Shown here piece after piece: positions 63,360 to 64,000 of a stretch of 64,000 nucleotides of DNA (the stretch's first letter is position 1; every line of letters begins with the position of its first letter). The DNA comes from Octopus bimaculoides (lineage: Eukaryota). The DNA is taken from contig NC_068997.1 of the NCBI RefSeq assembly GCF_001194135.2, positions 20,354,543 to 20,418,542 of the forward strand, read 5' to 3'. The notes under the pieces are model-generated. The model was given only the letters and a program-made list of their open reading frames with translations. It did no database searches and was not told the DNA's origin. The position numbers and the translations under genes are program-made.

Positions 63360-64000
63360 ATGAGGATTTAGGAAACAGTTCTTCTGAGGAAGTTACTTGT
63401 TTTCAATCTGGGATGAAATGCATCTCTTAGTCATTTAATGATTTGGAATTGGAGTTAAGCATTGGCATTACAAAGCTTTCAGGAGACTCTAAAATATATT
63501 TGTCTTATTTTATTTAATCAATTGGAAAAAAAATTGTATCTATATTTATAATAGATGATTATTTATATCATATATTTATAAATAGATGATTGCTTATTAT
63601 TTTGAAAGTAATCTTATTTGGTTGTCATATAGTTATTAATCTAATTGTAAAATATTAAAAGGTCTATTTTTTACCCTTATTTGTGTGTGCAGGTTTTTTT
63701 TTTTATATTCAGATAAATATATTGGAAAAAGGATATTTATAAGTTAGTAACTCAAATGTTTTACTGTTTCAGTCTTGTATTTCATACATTTTTAAAAATA
63801 CTATATTTCAATTAGTCCCATCTCCAATTGTCAACAGATGTCCCATTCAGATGACATTGCTTTCAACCATATTTGAGCTGAAAGTCTTTACTTTAACGCA
63901 AGGTGTTAACTTTCTTAACCCCCCCCCCCCATTCCACTGTACTAACCTACATTACACTGACATAATTACTAATAATGTTCGATAAAAAATTTGCATTAGA

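Overview
Eukaryotic, AT-rich, repeat-dense DNA with four assembly gaps. The SINE and LINE families point to an Octopus species (inference). The main feature is a complete coatomer subunit alpha gene (COPA) on the minus strand. I reconstructed 32 GT-AG coding exons from ATG 42448 to TAG 4600, totalling 3672 nt or 1223 aa with no frame break. About 6 kb away and divergently oriented is the first coding exon of a CPFC dithiol glutaredoxin (48552-48773, +); its second exon is not visible. The rest is intronic or intergenic sequence containing tRNA-derived SINEs, RTE-LINE 3' fragments with (GAT)n tails, older LINE relics, hAT/Tc1/piggyBac-type MITEs and micro/minisatellites. The most interesting signals are all inside COPA and suggest a hidden layer of isoform control: (i) a promoter-like GC island in intron 1 followed by two in-phase cryptic exons; (ii) a 318-nt intron 18 that is in frame and stop-free; (iii) a 12.3-kb intron 11 with an in-frame 36-nt microexon candidate and a 16-nt poison-exon candidate; (iv) inverted retroelement pairs bracketing frame-preserving exon blocks (circRNA/ADAR candidates). 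These are hypotheses from sequence alone and need RNA data.
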